The notes beneath the pieces are model-generated. The model saw nothing but the letters and a program-made list of their open reading frames with translations, was not told where the DNA came from and did not search any database. Below, one piece after another: positions 50,101-63,141 of a stretch of DNA of 64,000 nucleotides; position 1 is the stretch's first letter; each line of letters begins with the position of its first letter. The stretch lies in NCBI RefSeq assembly GCF_902713615.1, contig NC_052156.1:6003913-6067912 (forward strand), given 5' to 3'. Made by a program: the position numbers and the translations under genes. Source of the stretch: Scyliorhinus canicula (Eukaryota).

Positions 50101-50605
50101 ATTGTGTGAGATCCTGCCTTGCTGTTCATTTTGTGCTCTATTTGCACAATTGTATTTAAAGACACGGTGAGTGGGTGCATAACTGATCTACACCCACGGT
50201 TCTAATGAGGTGGGTTAATGATCTCGCCTTTGTGAGGAACAACCAAGTGGATAATATGGAGAGAACACAGGAAACAATATTTAAGAAACAAGTCAACGGT
50301 CAGGATGCTTTAGGCTTCTCCCCTAGGCCCCCCTATCAATGAGGCGAGTCTATATGTTAACAAAGCCCTGAAGAAAGATGTTGTAGGTGCCTCATGCATA
50401 TATTATGAAGTTCACAGTAAACAATTCTTCATTGTCCTTCGCTATTTGGCACATGCAATAGAGCTTTCCAAAAAAGGCAGGGTAAGAGACTAATTGGCCA
50501 CCACTATCAAGGAGCCAGCACAGGGACAGGGACCGAATGGCCTCGCTCTGTGCTGTATCATTCTAGGAAATGTTGAAGCAATTCCGTTGTAATGTGAGCT
50601 CTTAC

Positions 50606-50762
50606 CTGGAATTCTGATTTTAAATTTCCCACTCTGCCCAAAGCCTCCTTCGATCACTCCAGCGTCTCCCGTCGAGAGTTTAACCTTCATCCCCACGAAG
50701 AGCTGCATGTTAGTCTCCTTCTTGAACAGGGAGCGACCGATGACATTATAATCATCTGAGAC
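50606..50762 (-). CDS. EEFSEC: Internal (penultimate-type) coding exon of selenocysteine-specific elongation factor eEFSec
   Basis: Translates as VSDDYNVIGRSLFKKETNMQLFVGMKVKLSTGDAGVIEGGFGQSGKFKIRIP-G, matching the eEFSec C-terminal domain (human DDYSVIGRSLFKKETNIQLFVGLKVHLSTGELGIIDSAFGQSGKFKIHIPG, recalled). On the minus strand there is an acceptor tttcttcttcttcag and a donor CCAG|gtaag; the exon is 157 nt, phase 0 to phase 1. I did not find the flanking exons in the window. Confidence 0.95.
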
Positions 50763-50999
50763 CTGAAGAAGAAGAAACAAATAGCCTGAGCAGAAAGCTA
50801 ACCCAACAGGATGACATGTGTTTCTTTCCTTAAAAAGTATTTTTGAGGGAGTGGTGAGGAGGCACAGTCCAACAACTACCAATGGTCTTCACGACTTTGT
50901 CCCAGGAGTAATTCCATACGTTTACCTCAGGTTAACTAGGCCATAAAAAAGGCAAAGCAAGCATGAGGCGTTATGTCTAGATAGAATTTAAAAGTAGAG

Positions 51000-51228
51000 A
51001 ACAATGAACAAAGAAAAGTATAGCACAGGAACAGGCCCTTCGGCCCTCCAAGCCTGCGCGACCTGCTGCCCGTCTGAACTAAAATCTTCTACCATTCCTG
51101 GGTCCGTATCCCTCTATTCCCATCCTATTCATGTATTTGCCAAGATGTCCCTTAAACGTCACTATCGTCCCTGCTTCCACCACCTCCTCCGGCAGCGAGT
51201 TCGAGCACCCACTACCCTCTGTGTAAAT
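51000..51228 (-). mobile_element. CR1 3' end fragment
   Basis: Closely similar to 38526-38750. Confidence 0.85.
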
Positions 51229-52078
51229 AAAGGAAGAGTTTCACAATTCATGGGGGCTGACAATTGGTTGCCATTGAACATTAGGGGGGGGGGCAACCGT
51301 ATTGTCTCCTTTGGTTCGACTCCTTATGGATTGATTGTTAATTTGTGTTTTTACCTGGGTTGTACGGATGTTTTGGTCTGTATATTGAGCGGGTGGGAGG
51401 AGGTTTGTGTCTGGGGGTATTGTTATTGTTTTTGTTTGTTTTTCCTTTGGTCGTTTATTGATGAAAATGTTGAAAATGAGGAGAATAAAAAGATTTTTTT
51501 AAAATAAGGATGTCTGATGGTGTTTGATCAGCATTATCTCCATAACTTAAAAAACACATTCTCAACGGCATAGCTTTAGAACTATCTTTGTCTTTCCAAG
51601 TATATTGAAAGGTGATTAATAACAAACCTTCTTACTTGTTATTCATAAAAGATATGCTAAGACGTCTGTATGTATTATTGCCGAAACCACTATAAAAATT
51701 TACATTGTAAAAAAAAATACTTGAGATGAAAATGAGTACAAATTTTAAAGAAAAATTTTCCTCGTCTCTACTCTTGGATAGAGGACATCTTTCCACATTT
51801 GATCCATTGCCCCCACTTATTTAGTTTAAAACCCTCTCGAGCTACCCTAAACTTGGTTAGATCACACCAGGACTACTGCCTAAGATGCTGTTTGCCCTAT
51901 GTTAAAAATATTGTAAATGCATTGGAAAGGCTGCAAAATGGATCCCACAATTGTGAGGCTAGACCGATCAGGAAAGGAAAAACTGGTTGGCTCGCTTATC
52001 TCCTGAAAAGGAAAGGCTTTGGGGTGGGCTGACAAAGATCTTTGAAATAATTAACACTTTTGATAGAGTGAACATAGA

Positions 52079-52266
52079 GACCGGGATTCTCCAATCCCGC
52101 GGGCAATTTTGACGCCGGCGTGAAAAGCGCGCCAACCACTCCGGCATCAACGGTCCCCGATTATCAGGTATGCTCCCCTTCCGAGGGGGCTAGGTCGGTG
52201 CAGGAGTGGTCTCCACGGCTCCAGCAGCGCGAGTCCGCGCATGCGCACTACGGCCGACGCGAGCTC
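52079..52266. mobile_element. Harbinger MITE left-end fragment
   Basis: CCGGGATTCTCC start, CpG-rich, contains GCGCATGCGC. Confidence 0.65.
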
Positions 52267-52899
52267 GTTGATATTCTTGTGATTGTTCTGATGAGTGCAC
52301 AACAGAAAGCTTTGACAAAATAGTGCTTATCAGCAATACACAATTGACTTTGTTTAAAGTGTTATTTAAATATAAATTGTTGTTGCCATTGCACAATGTA
52401 ATACAATTAACCTAAATATGATTGCTGAATAACTGAAAGTGAATGAGCGCATCATTTTGAAGAAAATTCTTAACTCCAGAGCATAAACGTAAAGTTTTAA
52501 ATCTGAAATGGTTCCGATCATGTTTTAAAGAGTTAAAGTTAACATTTTCAAGTCACAAGAAATCCACTGAATTCCACTGTCTTAAAGAAGGAATGAGCTC
52601 CCCGACCCTGGTTAACTCAATGGCCAATTTGTACAGAGGTTAAAGTGGGCTGGCTCGAGCAAGTGGTTCATACAAATGGGGGCCAGCTCAACGTTGACAC
52701 CAACTTGAAATGCTGACGGAGTTGCCTCCGTATTTTTTAAGTGGAGACCCACCACGTTTGACGAACACTTTGCCAGAGCAAATGGCAGAGAGGCTGATAC
52801 GAGGGCCCCAAAACTGGACCCTCTACACATCCCAGGCTCCATTCGCACCCAGGGAGACTCCGGGACTCCACACTAACCCATTCCCCTTCTCGAGTTGTA

Positions 52900-55272
52900 A
52901 ATAGTCCAACTCGGGAAGGGGCCATACTGGAGCTGGTATTGGGGAATGATCCCGGCCAGGTGGTTGAAGTTTCAGTCGGTGATTACTTTGGGAATAGCGA
53001 TCACAATTCCGTAAGTTTTAGAATACTCATGGACAAAGACGAGAGTGGTCCTAAAGGAAGAGTGCTAAATTGGGGAAAGGCCAAGTATAACAAAATTCGG
53101 CAGGAGCTAGGGAATGTGGATTGGGAGCAGCTGTTTAAGGGTAAGTCCACATTTGAAATGTGGGAGTCTTTTAAGGAAAGGTTGATTAGAGTGCAGGACA
53201 GACATGTCCCTGTGAAAATGAGGGATAGAAATGGCAAGATTAGGGAACCATGGATGATGGGTGGAATTGTGAGACTAGCTAAGATGAAAAAGGAAGCATA
53301 CATAAGATTTAGGCGACTTAAAACTGATGAAGCTTTGGAGGAATATCGGGAAAGTAGGACAAATCTCAAACGCGCAATAAAGAGGGCTAAAAGGGGTCAT
53401 GAAATATCTTTGGCTAACAAGATTAAGGAAAATCCCAAAGCCTATTATTCGTACATAAGGAGCAAGAGGGTAACTAGAGAAAGGATTGGCCCACTCAAAG
53501 ACAAAAATGGGAATTTATGCGTGGAGTCAGAGGAAATGGGTGAGATTCTTAATGAGTACTTTGCATCGGTATTCACCAAGGAGAGGGACATGACGGATGT
53601 TGAGGTTAGGGATGGAGTTAAGAATTTTCTTCAAAATGATGCACTCAAGTCGGCATAAGGAAGAGGGAAGTTTTGGGTATGCTAAAAGGCATTAAGGTGG
53701 ACAAGTCCCCAGGTCCGGATGGGATCTATCCCAGGTTGATGAGGGAAGCGAGGGACGAAATAGCTGGGGCCTTAACAGATATCTTTGCAGCATCCTTGAA
53801 CACGAATGAGGTCCCGGAAGACTGGAGAATTGCTAATGTTGTCCCTTTGTTTAAGAAGGGTAGCAGGGATTATCCAGGGAATTATAGACCTGTGAGCTTG
53901 ACGTCAGTGGTAGGAAAACTGTTGAAGATACTGAGGGATACGATCTCTTCACATTTGGAAGAAAATAGACTTATCAGTGATAGGCTGCATGGTTTTGTGC
54001 AGAGAAGGTTATGTCTTACAAACCTAATAGAATTCTTTGAGGAAGTGACAAAGTTAATTGATGAGGGAAGGGCTGTAGATGTTATATACATGGACTTCAG
54101 TAAGGCATTTGATAAAGTTTCCCATGGCAGGTTGATGGAAAAAGTGAAGTCTCATGGGGTTCAGGGTGTACAAGCTAGATGGATAAAGAACTGGCTGGGC
54201 AACAGGAGACAGAGAGTAGTGGTGGAAGGGAGTGTCTCAAAATGGAGAAAGGTGACTAGTGGTGTTCCACAGGGATCCGTGCTCGGACCACTGTGGTTTG
54301 TGATATATATAAATGATCTGGACGAAGGTATAGGTGGTCTGATTAGCAAGTTTGCAGATGATGCTAAGATTGGTGGAGTTGCAGATAGCGAGGGGGACTG
54401 TCAGAGAATACAGCAAAATATAGATAGATTGGACAGTTGAGCAGAGAAATGGCAGATGGAGTTCAATCCAGACAAATGCGAGGTGATGCATTTTGGAAGA
54501 TTCAATTCAAGAGTGGACTATACGGTCAATGGAAGAGTCCTAGGAAAAATTGATGTACAGAGAGATCTGGGAGTTCAGGTCCACTGTACCCTGAAGGTGG
54601 CAACGCAGGTCAATAGAGTGGTCAAGAAGGCATACAGCATGCTTGCCTTCATCGGACAGGGTATTGAGTACAAGAGTTGGCAGGTCATGTTACAGTTGTA
54701 TAGGACTTTGGTTCGGCCACATTTGGAATACTGCGTGCAGTTCTGGTCGCCACATTACCAGAAGGATGTGGATGCTTTAGAGAGGGTGCAGAGGAGGTTC
54801 ACCAGGATGTTGCCTGGTATGGAGGGTGCTAGCTATGAAGAAAGGTTGAGTAGATTAGGATTGTTTTCGTTGGAAAGACGGAGGTTGAGGGGGGACCTGA
54901 TTGAGGTCTACAAAATTATGAGAGGTATGGACAGGGTGGATAGCAACAAGCTTTTTCCAAGAGTGGGGGTGTCAATTACAAGGGGTCACGATTTCAAGGT
55001 GAGAGGGGGAAAGTTTAAGGGAGATGTGCGTGGAAAGTTTTTTACGCAGAGGGTGGTGGGTGCCTGGAATGCTTTGCCAGCGGAGGTGGTAGAGGCAGGC
55101 ACGATAGCATCATTTAAGATGCATCTGGACAGATATATGAACGGGCGGGGAACAGAGAGAAGTAGATCCTTGGAAAATAGGCAGCAGGTTTAGATAAAGG
55201 ATCTGGATCGGCGCAGGCTGGGAGGGCCGAAGGGCCTGTTCCTGTGCTGTAATTTTCTTTGTTCTTTGTTCT
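52900..55272 (+). mobile_element. 5'-truncated CR1 LINE (HER1-like): ORF2 RT region and 3' tail
   Basis: KSPGPDG, NYRPVSLTS, YMDFSKAFDKV, GVPQGSVLGP, KFADD and YRTLVRPHLEYCVQFWSPH across three disrupted ORFs; tail (tttgttct)n. Confidence 0.95.
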
Positions 55273-55273
55273 A

Positions 55274-57720
55274 TATTTTTAGACCCACCAGGTTTGACGA
55301 GCATTTTGCCAGAGCAAATGGCAGAGAGGCTTTTACGAGGGCCCCCAAACTGGACCCTCTACACATCCCAGGCTCCATTCGCACCCAGGGAGACCCCGGG
55401 ACTCCACACTAACCCAACACCTTCTCCGTGTTGGTGGCCCAGTAGTAAAACATCAAAGTTAGCAACGCAAATCCCTCCCCACCCCCGACTGATTATCCCT
55501 CTGCAGAAACCCCTCCGAATCCTCGGGGGTTTTGTCACCCATATGAAACCCCATGTAAGCCGCTCAATCCCCCGAAAAAATGACTTGGGTAAAATACCAG
55601 AAGACACTGAAATCAGAACGAGAATCTCGATAAGGTGTTCATCTAGATCGATTGAACCTGGCCCGCCAAGGACAATGGAAGGCAGTCCCACCTTTGCAGG
55701 TCAGCCTTCACCTACTCGCTAGGCTGGCATAATTCAATTTGCGGAGCATCACGAGTGAGCTGATAACGATATTCAAACGCGGTTGCGACTGCGTGCGGCA
55801 CGTGTCTTGATAATGCCGATTTGGCGGGGTGCAGCATCGCAACCCAGCGTCAAACCAGGGCCTGCCGTGATTTTGGCATCGAGAGCCAGTCTCTGCCTGA
55901 TCCCATTCCCAATTTCGGCCTTAGCAACGGAGAATCCCGCCCCTATGTTCCACCCCACCCCTAACTATCCCTCTCCATTTGTTTGAGGCCCTCAGGGCAA
56001 TAGCCAGTGGCTCAATCACCAATGCGAACAAGAGGGGAAACATCGGACACCCCTGTCTTATCCCCCTATGCAGCTGAAAACACCCCAAACTCATGGTGTT
56101 GGTACGAACACTGGCAGGAGGAGCCTTACACAACAACCGCACCTAGGACACAAACTCAGGGCCAAACCTACACTTTTCCAAAGCCGCAAAGAGATACCTC
56201 CAATCAACCCTTTTGAACGCTTTTTCTGCATCCAGCGACACCATTATCTGGGCCCAGCTGCTGGGTGAGAACCGCATTAAGCAGTCGCTTCACATTGGAC
56301 CACAACCGTCGGACTTTCACAAATCCAGTCTGGTCCTCACCAACTACCTCCGGGAGACAGGGTTCCAGCTCAACCCGAGGATCTGGGCCAAAAGCTTCCC
56401 GTCGATATTGAGCAATGAAATTGGGCGAGACGGCCGGCAGTCTAGGATCCGTATCCCTTTTCAGGATGGATGCCTGCACAAGTGTCTTAGGTAGAGAACT
56501 CCGTGACAATGAATCCTTAAACACCCCCAGCAATAAAGAACCAGCTGATATGCAAATCCCTTATATAATTCCACCGGGAACCCATCCGACCCTAGTGGGC
56601 CTTCCCTGTCTGCATCTTTGCTAACGCTGTTTGAATCTCCTCTAATCCCACCGGTGCCTCCAGCTCTTCCCGCAGTTCCTCCCCAACCTTGGGAAACTCC
56701 AGACATTCCGCAATTCCCAGCTTGTCCTCCGGCGGCTCTGGCCTGCAAGGCCGCTCATAAAAGACTTGAATGCCCCATTCACCTTGTCTGGGGCCAAAAC
56801 CATCCTGTCCTTGAATCCTTAACCTGGATGATCTCCCTCGCAGCCTCCTGGTGCCTTAGCAAGTGAACCAACAGAGGCTGGCCTTCTCCCCATACTCATA
56901 CACCACCAGTCCCCTCAAACGCCTCAGCTGGTGCGCCGTCCTATCCGTAGACAGCATGTCAAAGTGCATTTGCAACTTTTTCCTGCGTCCCAGTAGTTCC
57001 GGAGTTGACTCATTCGTATACCCTCGGTCCACTCGCAGGATCTCATCCACCAACATCTGGTGCTCCTTCGCCTCTTCGTCCATGTGCGCCTTATACGATA
57101 TGATCTTCCATCTCATCATCACCTTCAACGCCTCCATCAGATTAGAGAGCGAGACCGTTCCATTCTCACTCAAATCCACATTTTCCCTTATGGCTCTCGA
57201 AACTGTCCCACCGAAGCCAATGTCTGACAAAAGCCCCTCATCCAACCTCCATCCCGTGCACTGCATCCGGCCCACCTCCAACAGCAGATCGACCAACTGC
57301 GGAGCATGGCCAGAAATAACCACCATCGAACATGCTGCCCTTTTCACCCTGGGGAGAAGAGCCCGACCCACGACAGAGAACTTTATCCTCACGTTCACCT
57401 TGTGTACCGGGGAGAAAAAACCGAGTATTCCTTACTCCCGATACGGGTCTGTACCACCTGTCTCCTCCATGGATGCAGCAAGTCCCTTCGCCATCCCAGT
57501 TGGCGAGTGTCTAGATCTGGTATTGTGGCCAACAAACACCTTAAAAATTTAACATCGTCCCAATTCGAGATGTACACGTTGACTATGACCACAGGCTTTC
57601 CCCCCAGTGTGCCTGCAACCATCACGTTCCGACCCCTTTTATTGATTACAATCGCTACCTCCCGGGCCCTGCTATCAAAGCCTGAGTGAAAAACCTGGCT
57701 CCCCCAGGCCTTCCCCAGCC
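55274..57720 (-). mobile_element. L1-clade LINE ORF2 relic (APE endonuclease and RT), continuing at ~52560-52890
   Basis: IVNVYISNW, SKEYSVFSP, ISGHAP, EDQTGFVK and RGIRQGCPMFPLLFALVIEPLAIALR are present, with many frameshifts. Confidence 0.85.
55720..55942. mobile_element. Harbinger MITE right-end fragment inside the L1
   Basis: Ends GGAGAATCCCGCCC and sits at a deletion in the L1 ORF2. Confidence 0.65.
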
Positions 57721-59775
57721 AATTTCAATGTGCGCTACAAGATCACTTACCTTGTTTTGTATACTGCACACAATTAGGTTCAACACCCTCAGTCCTGCTC
57801 CCCACCTCCCTTCTCACACTTGTCACCTTATCTGCTGTGCCTGAAGTTAAGACTCCTGCTGTTTTCCATACTCTATGTTCTGTTACTTTTTCTGGAACCA
57901 TTACTACCCTCGCCTGAGCTCTTCTCCCTTTTAACTAGTTTAAAGTCCTTATTATTAACCTTCTCCTTTAACACTGATTTTCTAATTTTCATAGATCATA
58001 GAATTTACAGTGCAGAAGTAGGCCATGTGGCCCATCGAGTCTGCACCAGCCCTTAACCCCACTTAAGCCCACACCTCCACCCTAACCCCGTAACCCAGTA
58101 ACTCCGCCTAACCTTTTTGGACACTAAGGGCAATTTATCATGGCCAATCCACCTAACCTGCACATCTTTGGACTGTGGGAGGAAACTGGAGCACCCGGAG
58201 GAAACCCACATAGACATGGGGAGAAGGTGCAGACTCCACACAGACAGTGACCCAAGCCAGGAATCGAATGTGGGACCCTGGAGCTGTGAAGCAACCAAGC
58301 TAACCACTGGGCTACCCTGCCGCCCATGCAACTGAACCCTCCCCACCTCTGCCCTAAATATGTGATTCGCCAGGACTCTGGTCCCTCCCAGCTTGTGTGC
58401 ACATCCTGCCCAAGTTCTCAGCTGCGCAGTGAGTTTTGGACACAGGAGCAAGCGAATATCAGCAACTATTTCACCCCCTAGTACCACAACTAGCTACCAA
58501 CAGTCCAAGTAAGCCACGTATGCATCTTGTCCTGTGCAAAGTAGCTAAATCTAGGCTGTCGGTTCAACCTCCCTCTCGAGCTGAATTTGTGCCCAGTATT
58601 CAGAATCGGAGCCGAGTATTCGCAGAATTCCTCTCCATGCACCTCCCTGGCTTCCCTTTCACAATCAAGTGTCACCTAACTAACCTATAAATAACAATGA
58701 GCATTCACTATTAAAATGTCAAAATGCCTGACAACATGTCAAATATCAATAGTACTGCTACCTATAACGTTCAAGGACAAAACATATTACCTGTACCTAC
58801 ACCAGGTGTGTGTGTGTGTGTAAGCTTCTAAAGGACTCGATTGTCAGATAGCGAGTTGGTGGGTTCTTGTTATTTTAAACTTTGAGGCAGCATCGCTTCC
58901 TTTCCTCAGTTCAGCCGAAACTCATGGCTATCAACTGCTGTCCTGGTAATCTATTCAAAGCCATCCTACAGTAATCCTCTCTTTTCAGTTCCAACAAAAG
59001 TCTGGTTAACTGATCCCAGTGCCCATTAAGAGAACAGTCACTCGAGAGTTCTCCCTCTACTAATAAACTCAAACAGCTAATACGGCAGTGAGAAAGCAGA
59101 AATAATGGGCACAGTATGAGCAATAAGTGGTGGGTGCAAAGGGCAGACCAATTTTATTAATGCCAGACAAACATCAAAACCTCCTTAATGCCAGACAGAG
59201 ACAAGTTTGAAGTAGATTTTAGTACAACATAAACAAAGGATTAAACGGAGGGAAAGTTGAAGGCTCCTCGCCTTTCTTGGTCACACTGTCACGTGACCTG
59301 GAGAGCGAAGATAGAACCCAATCCCTGATTTAATCTTCTCCCAATCCGTAGAAGCTTTTCAACATCCCTTCTCGAAGACTGGGCCAGAATGAGACGTTTT
59401 ACATTCAGGAGCATTCAACCAGGCAAAAGATCCCCAAAGTCTCTTTTAAGTTTATGAAATGGAAACAGCAAGTACTGAAATTACACAGCGGGTCCATCTG
59501 ACAGAGAAAAGACAGGTTAATATTTAAGATGAAGACCCTATTTCAGAGAACCTTTGGTCTGCAATTGAATTTTTAACCTGCCAGGTGCCGATTGACCTGA
59601 AGTGTACAACCAACAATTTGGATTTCATTTGAAGTTTACTTTACTCCCTTTTTAATCTTTGCTGTGTAGGTGGACTGTTACAAATCTATTTAGTTTGAAC
59701 TATAACTCAACCAAGCTTCGCTGGTGCAACATTTTTCTCTCTGGTCGTTACATAAGCTACCTGAAGAAACACCAA

Positions 59776-60548
59776 GGGTGAATCTCCCATTTTGAGATGA
59801 CGTCCCATGGCAGGGAAAGGAACGTGTAGTGTTTCCGCTGTGGTGGCTGGCAGGAAAACAGGGCAAATCTCCTGGTCCTGACCTCATCAATTCTGCACCT
59901 GGGTATTTTACGGCGTGTTCAGTGGCACCCAAGGCCTGGACAGCACTTTGTCCACCACCGTATTCAGGTGCCAAATCAAAAAGCTGTCCAACATGACAGA
60001 CCCACTATTGAAGAAAGAAGGCGGGCCACCTGAAAATGAAGTTAGATTTCCAGGACTAACTCCGACAGCTGAAGATGAGCCTTCTGAGGATGAGAATAGG
60101 TCTCTGGGACACTATGAAGCTGGAAGATGGTCCCGCTCCAGGACACCGAATCTGGAAGGTCCACCAGCAGGTGCTCACCCCATCCAGAGCTGTGGTGTTC
60201 CAGGGACGCTGGTGGCCTCCATCCTGAACTCTGGAGGCAGCCCCAGGCATTGTTCAGGTGAGTCCAGACGCCTGCACGCCACCTTGTTCAAAATGTGTTT
60301 TGTGCTGGTATTTTTTCCCGGCAGCGTCATGGAGATTCTGACGCGATGTGTCGGCCCTTCATCTGCATCCCATTAACGGGACGCAAAAGAGGTTCGTGCC
60401 GGCCTCGGGCAGGTTTTCTGATCCGCCATACCGCGCACCAGTGGAAGATCCCGCTGTAAGTTCACGTCAAAGTGGACCTCCTGCCATATTCTCCCCCCCC
60501 CACGCAAGTCACTGGATACACCGGTGGGGGTTTGAGAACATTCAGCCC
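59776..60548. mobile_element. Older non-autonomous Harbinger-like element
   Basis: Ends GGGTGAAT...ATTCAGCCC are flanked by CAA/CAA (3-bp TSD). Confidence 0.5.
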
Positions 60549-61306
60549 CAAATGTGGTAACTCTGATGAACTCCTGCCAGTGTAAAACAACTGGAGTTGC
60601 CAACTTGATGATCAAACTTGCATTCACGTCATACTGCAACACGCCACTCAGAACTACCCGAGAGTCTTTCACACAAAATGAATTACTTTGAAGTCTGGTT
60701 TTGCTGTCCATTTTGCAGGTACCATGACACCACAATTCCAATTAGATCTATGAACGGTTAATCCTGTTGGCTGAGGGAGGAAATGGTGACGAGGACCCCG
60801 GCAAAACATTTTGTTCTTGAAATAATTCCATGTTCTGTCACCACCTGGAAAAACCATTATCCTCTTCAAACACGGCCATAGAATCGTTAGTTGTGTGAGT
60901 CACTGAAATAGATATCAGATGGTATCTGACAACGGGATGAGCAAACCAACTGAGCTCAGCTAACAGCACAAAATGTCAATGTTTATATTTGGGTACGTGC
61001 AACTTGAGTATATTTTGTGCACAGTCGAAAGAGAAAACATCTCAGAGCACTTTGTAAAATTGAATAAGAGAGGAACAAGGACGAGGGGACCAAAGACAAA
61101 AATCAAAGAAAAAGGGTTCAGACAGCATGGGTGGGATTCTCCGATAATCGGCGTGATGGCCGGGACCCGGCGACAAAAACAGTCACTCTGGCGTCGGGCC
61201 CCCCTAACGGCGCAAATTCTCCGGCCCAGAATGGGCTAGTAGCGGCGTGGCGTCATTCGCGACGAATGCGCGGTGTGACCCCCCCCCCCCCCGGAGATCC
61301 GACAAG

Positions 61307-63141
61307 GTGGCCGCCCGCCACGCAGCCCCGAGGTTCCAGGAGAGCGACACTGAGGCTCTCCCGGACGCAGTAGAGCAGAGGAGGGAGGCCCTGAACCCCG
61401 GACACGGCCGCAGGGTTGCCCCACGCCAGCGCCTGTGGAGGGAGGTGGCAGAGGCCGTCACGCTGTGGCTGTAACACCAAGGACTGGCGCACAATGCCAC
61501 AAGAAGGTGAACAACCTTGTCAGGGCAGCCAGGCTGAGTACCACCCCCCCCCCCCCCCAACCCCCCCCCCCCCCCCCCCAAGTGCGGCACACCCCCAGGT
61601 GCAACCAACCCTAACCCTAACTCCAATGTGCTGCGTACCTATGCCATTATACGCACAACTGCTGGCCTGCATGTGGAGGTAGGAGCACAGAGGGGCCGGG
61701 AGGTCGGAGGGCATCCTGGCGCAAGCAAACATCTGCCGCCCAGACGGGTACCGGGTTCCTGGAGTTACCACACCCACCCATAGACCCGATGCAGTCACCG
61801 AACCAGGGACAATCGAAGGGGGTGAGGGCCGGCTTGCGGCGGCTGCAGACGCAGGTGGAGGAGTCCACCCGGGTCCAGGAGCAGGGAGTGGTGCCAGTCA
61901 TTCGTGCCACCCAGGCCAAAACTGCACGGGTAGTATCCGCGGTGGAGGCAATGGGGGCGACCGTGCCAGACAAGGGGAGCAGGATGCGAGTCCTGGGGCT
62001 TTCCGTGCAGGCGTCGTCTGTGGCCCAGGACATGGCTTCCCTCTCACAGGAAGCCATGAGCCAGAGCCAGAGGCAGATGGCAGAGGCGCTCAACGCCATG
62101 GCCCTGTCTTAGCAGGCCATGGCCCAGTCCCAGCAGACCATGGCCCAGTCCCAGCAGGCAATGGCACAGTCCCAGCAGGCCATGGCCCAGTCCCAGCAGG
62201 CCATGGCCCAGTCCCAGCAGGCAATGGCACAGTCCCAGCACGCCATGTCCCAGTCTCTGCAGGCCATGGCCCAGTCCCAGCAGGCCATGGCCCAGTCCCA
62301 GCAGGCAATGGCACAGTCTCAGCAGGCCATGGCCCAGTCCCAGCAGGCAATGGCCCAGTCTCTGCAGACCATGGCCCAGTCTCTGCAGGCCATGGCCCAG
62401 TCTCTGCAGGCCATGGCCCAGTCTCAGCAGGCCATGGCCCAGTCCCAGCAGGCCATGGCACAGTCTCTGCAGGCCATGGCCCAGTCTCTGCAGGCCATGG
62501 CCCAGTCTCTGCAGGCCATGGCCCAGTCCCAGCAGGCCATGGCCCAGTCCCAGCAGGCCATGGCCCAGTCCCAGCAGGCCATGGCCCAGTCTCAGCAGGC
62601 AATGGCCCAGTCTCTGCAGTCCATCGCTGAGGGCATCGGTGTCATTGCCCATGTGCTGTCCGGCATCGCCCAGACACAGACAGGGATGGCCAACTCCCTG
62701 AGCTCCATGGCTGCAAACTTGCAGACCCTTGTCGATACCAGGGCGGGCCTCCAGGACTGGCAGCGCCAGGTGTCGTGCCGGTCCATTCGCACCCCCGACC
62801 CATGTAGAGGCCCGGGGGCGATCGGGCACCCCGAAGGAGGAGGTGGTGCTGGGGCCCGTCCTGGGTCCCCCTGCAGGCGAGGCCCCGGAACACAGCAGCA
62901 CCTCGGCACCCCTTCTGTCCCAGGTGCCTCTGATGGGCAACGGGCAGGACAGGCTGGCAGCTCGCCATCCCAGTCGCCCGAGCCGCAGCCTGGCACATCT
63001 AGGCCGGGCCACCCCAGGAAACGGCCGCCAAAGGGATCCCGAGTCACAGGGCAGGGATCGCAGGAGTCCACTCCAGTTCTGCTGTACCATCTGGGGAACC
63101 ACCTAGACGTAGTCAAAGGGCCCGTAAGGCCAAACAATTAA
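61307..63141 (+). pseudogene. Harbinger Myb/SANT-like DNA-binding protein with a coiled-coil repeat, disrupted
   Basis: APRFQESDTEALPDAVEQRREAL...LWREVAEAV...RTGAQCHKKVNNL (frameshifted) is a Myb/SANT-like pattern. The downstream ORFs 61789-62112 and 62119-63141 are in one frame, split by a TAG. Confidence 0.8.
62098..62622 (+). repeat. 21-bp tandem repeat encoding MAQS(Q/L)QA heptads
   Basis: 24 uninterrupted units at 62119-62622, plus one upstream unit carrying CAG>TAG. Confidence 0.95.
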
